A DNA stretch of 63,011 bases, counting the filler, from Dirinaria sp. TL-2023a (Eukaryota), in assembly GCA_051941275.1 (NCBI GenBank). It is 6 parts of 6 records of this genome, joined end to end, with 100 filler letters (N's around TTAATTAATTAA, not from the genome) between each part and the next. Parts side by side here need not be neighbours in the genome. Positions count along the whole stretch, not along the records: positions 52,639 to 63,011 come from JAVEBF010000944.1; 5 more parts are not named here. One strand, given 5' to 3'. This document shows positions 60,615 to 63,011 of this stretch, in pieces. Made by a program: the position numbers and the translations under genes. Numbering within the stretch: the stretch's first letter is position 1; each line of letters starts with the position of its first letter. The notes under the pieces were generated by a model. That model searched no databases and was not told the DNA's origin. It saw nothing but the letters and a program-made list of their open reading frames with translations.

Positions 60615-62528
60615 CTACTGTGGCTGCTGCTGTTGGGCGATTTGGCACCAGTGTCGGTGGTAGACCCATGCATTCTTCTGGCAATCTTTGCTGCAATATT
60701 TGGTCCGACGGCAGCGCCGACATTTTGCAAATTGCCGAGTAAACTTCTCCCACTTGCCGCACTGGTAGTACGCACATTGTCGTATACCACCTCGATCGTC
60801 GTCCTTGCGGCAGAGGTTTCGCATTACAACACCAGCCCAATGCTGCATGTCTTGCGAATGGTGTCGCACTGTGAATTTCTCCACCAGCGGGAAGATATTA
60901 AAGTCGTCCGGTAGCAGATACTCCTCTTCGTCGTCGTCATCATCGACGGAGGGATTTTCCTGACCCTGGCGATCATCGAACATTTGTAGGCCATGACCAA
61001 TTCTTAGCTTGGGCACCAGGTGAGACTGTTGAAAATAAGATCGCAGGTTGCAGTATTTGGACACGTAGGCTAGGAGTTGCAGCGACATCAAAACATCTTC
61101 ATCACGCGGTGTAGCTGCGAGGATGGCTGGCGGGGCAGATCGATCTAGTAGATATCGAGTTTGCATACCGTGTTGTTGCATCATTGGGGCTGGTATGTTT
61201 ATCACATTCAGTGGTGGGGGGGCAGGGGGAAATCCGATGTTAGGAGGTGTCGGGGTGACATTCGTATTGATGATGCTACCATCGCTTCCCGCTCGGTGTG
61301 TAATGTTGAATGTTTCGGTCTCTTGACCTTCAGATGCATTTGGCGCCGCGAGGCCCAGGGGCGTTGTGACGCCGTCGAGCATTGGATCTGGCTCGTCGGC
61401 GCTCTGGATATCTACTGTGGTCTGGATATCGATCATTGGCTCGTCGAGGGCTTCGTTGTTCGCCGACGTCTCGGATGCGGCCTCCTCTCCGGCAGCGTCA
61501 TCAGAGTCTCCGGAGTTGGATTGTTGCTGACGAAGTGAAAGACGTCGCCGCTCCCTTGTGCTAGGTAGAATAGGACGTATGACAGGCGCGTTGGGGGTGG
61601 TCGGTGATTCTGGCTGCGAGGTAATGCCGTTCTGCAATGCAGGTAGCGTGGAAGGCAGGCGGTCAACATCTCGAACTGGCCGAATCTCTGGACCATCTGC
61701 TTCCATCATGGGCAGTGTCGCTGCTATCGCCTGCATAGTTGCACGACGGCTACTTGATATCGAACCCCCGTGACTCCCGTGCGAGTGGTGTCTGCTCTCG
61801 TAGGCGCGGTGCCCGTAATGATGATGGTGGTGATGATGGTGATGGTGATGGCGGTGGAAAGGCGAGCGGTCCGTGGGCGAAACTGCTGAGAAGTGAGGGG
61901 GCGTCGGAGTTACATCCATCGATCCCGAGCTCGCAAACGAGTACTGGTGCGTTTGCTGTTGGTCCAATTGTGGAAGAGCTTGAGGAATCTCGATGGATGG
62001 AGGTGGTCGCTGACGGCGAGCATAAGCTTCGTCTCGGTCATGGAAAGCTTGACACTCTATTTGCGGCCGAGCAGGTCGTGCTGCTGTTTTGTTCGGCCGC
62101 TGCAGAGCGTTTCGTCGGGAGTCCGCCTCCACTCTCTCTCTACACTTGTCGATGACTTTGATATAATTGTCGAGTATAGTAGCAATCACCGGCACCATAT
62201 CCGCTTCTACCACCCGTGTCCTCACACTCTCCGAGCCTCGCACACCGATATTGAAGACGCACTGAAAAGCGAGATTCCACTTCCACATCTCCATCATATC
62301 CTGACTCCTGCCTTGCTTGAGAATACATACCAGCCGTTCCACGCCGCCGTCAACAGTGAGAATATCCCTAATCCGAGCGGAGGATGTCGTCAGGTAGGCC
62401 AAATGATTGAGCGAATTGATCAATGGCAGGGTCGAGGTACAATCGAGGGCTCGGCGATCATAGAGGGCGGTAGTAATGCCCACAGACGCCTTATTAACAT
62501 TGGGAATACTGAAATTTACTTCTCGCAT
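60615..62528 (-). CDS. samB: MYND-type zinc finger protein SamB/Mub1
   Basis: MREVNFSIPNVNKASVGITTALYDRRALDCTS; C-terminal CAYYQCGKWE...FAKCRRCRRTKYCSKDCQKNAWVYHRHWC. Confidence 0.95.
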   Translation of the reverse strand: MREVNFSIPNVNKASVGITTALYDRRALDCTSTLPLINSLNHLAYLTTSSARIRDILTVDGGVERLVCILKQGRSQDMMEMWKWNLAFQCVFNIGVRGSESVRTRVVEADMVPVIATILDNYIKVIDKCRERVEADSRRNALQRPNKTAARPARPQIECQAFHDRDEAYARRQRPPPSIEIPQALPQLDQQQTHQYSFASSGSMDVTPTPPHFSAVSPTDRSPFHRHHHHHHHHHHHYGHRAYESRHHSHGSHGGSISSSRRATMQAIAATLPMMEADGPEIRPVRDVDRLPSTLPALQNGITSQPESPTTPNAPVIRPILPSTRERRRLSLRQQQSNSGDSDDAAGEEAASETSANNEALDEPMIDIQTTVDIQSADEPDPMLDGVTTPLGLAAPNASEGQETETFNITHRAGSDGSIINTNVTPTPPNIGFPPAPPPLNVINIPAPMMQQHGMQTRYLLDRSAPPAILAATPRDEDVLMSLQLLAYVSKYCNLRSYFQQSHLVPKLRIGHGLQMFDDRQGQENPSVDDDDDEEEYLLPDDFNIFPLVEKFTVRHHSQDMQHWAGVVMRNLCRKDDDRGGIRQCAYYQCGKWEKFTRQFAKCRRCRRTKYCSKDCQKNAWVYHRHWCQIAQQQQPQ

Positions 62529-63011
62529 CTCCACGGACGCAGACGAGGTCCGGCGAGGCCAATCACAGGCCGCTTGTTCTTGTCTTTAAAAGATGCTCAG
62601 ATACCGAGTACTTGAAGATCTGGACCGGGTACGTTGTGCTGGCGGTTTCTGAATGCAGGTCGACCATGCAGCAGCGCGAAGGGGGAGGAAGTCGCAACCG
62701 TAGTGCCTGCTTTCAAATGCTGATGAGTAACAGCCAGCTTTTGCGATGATGCGACGAATGACTCAAGTGAGCAGCGACTGCCACTTTTCAGACCACAGGT
62801 CGAGTTGGGGGTTGATGATCAATGAATAAGCGGGAGGCGAAATGAAGAGGGGGAAAGCAAGCGAACACGGGCTGGCTGATTTCACCAGTGGCACTGCGGC
62901 AAACGCGTGAACGGCTTCGCTGACCAAGCAGTCTCGTCAGGGTTGACTAGGTGCATTGGACAGTTCGATCAGAAGGCGATGGCGAGTGGAATATTGTGAA
63001 GACTGCCGGGG

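Noticed and set aside
61893..62615. 240-aa ORF antisense to samB (likewise antisense ORFs over SMC1, CPA2, P450 and the Obg GTPase)
   Set aside because: Shadow ORFs expected opposite long coding sequences; no independent protein features.

Overview
Eukaryotic (fungal, Pezizomycotina; probably a lichen-forming Lecanoromycete, which is an inference from the secreted-protein families) genomic DNA. The window is not contiguous. It is six unrelated ~10.4 kb contigs in decreasing size order, joined by five artificial 100-bp spacers (44 N + TTAATTAATTAA + 44 N). Contig 1: orphan secreted protein, Pth11-like receptor, MFS transporter and a truncated tandem-CFEM protein. Contig 2: cytochrome P450, a Pth11-like remnant, SAM methyltransferase, a Cys-rich single-pass membrane protein and a fasciclin protein. 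Contig 3: conserved hypothetical protein, dipeptidyl peptidase V, CPA2 and a truncated PPR protein. Contig 4: SMC1, GPC1-like acyltransferase, a secreted protein, a YGR210C-type Obg GTPase and a Tho1-like 3' end. Contig 5 is a chromosome end with a (TTAGGG)n telomere. It carries pseudogenes (including a non-reducing PKS relic), a Cys-rich effector-like gene, a DPBB+CBM1 gene next to the telomere, and a TA-flanked MITE with inward-facing telomere-like repeats. Contig 6: RIP-like DNA, a second MITE family, MKT1, a 2OG-Fe(II) oxygenase and samB. The most intriguing signals are the telomere-repeat-bearing MITE, whose terminal 8-mer recurs exactly at the telomere junction, and a possible non-canonical CpC mutational signature in the subtelomere. 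Exon boundaries were read by eye and family calls are from motif recognition, not database searches.
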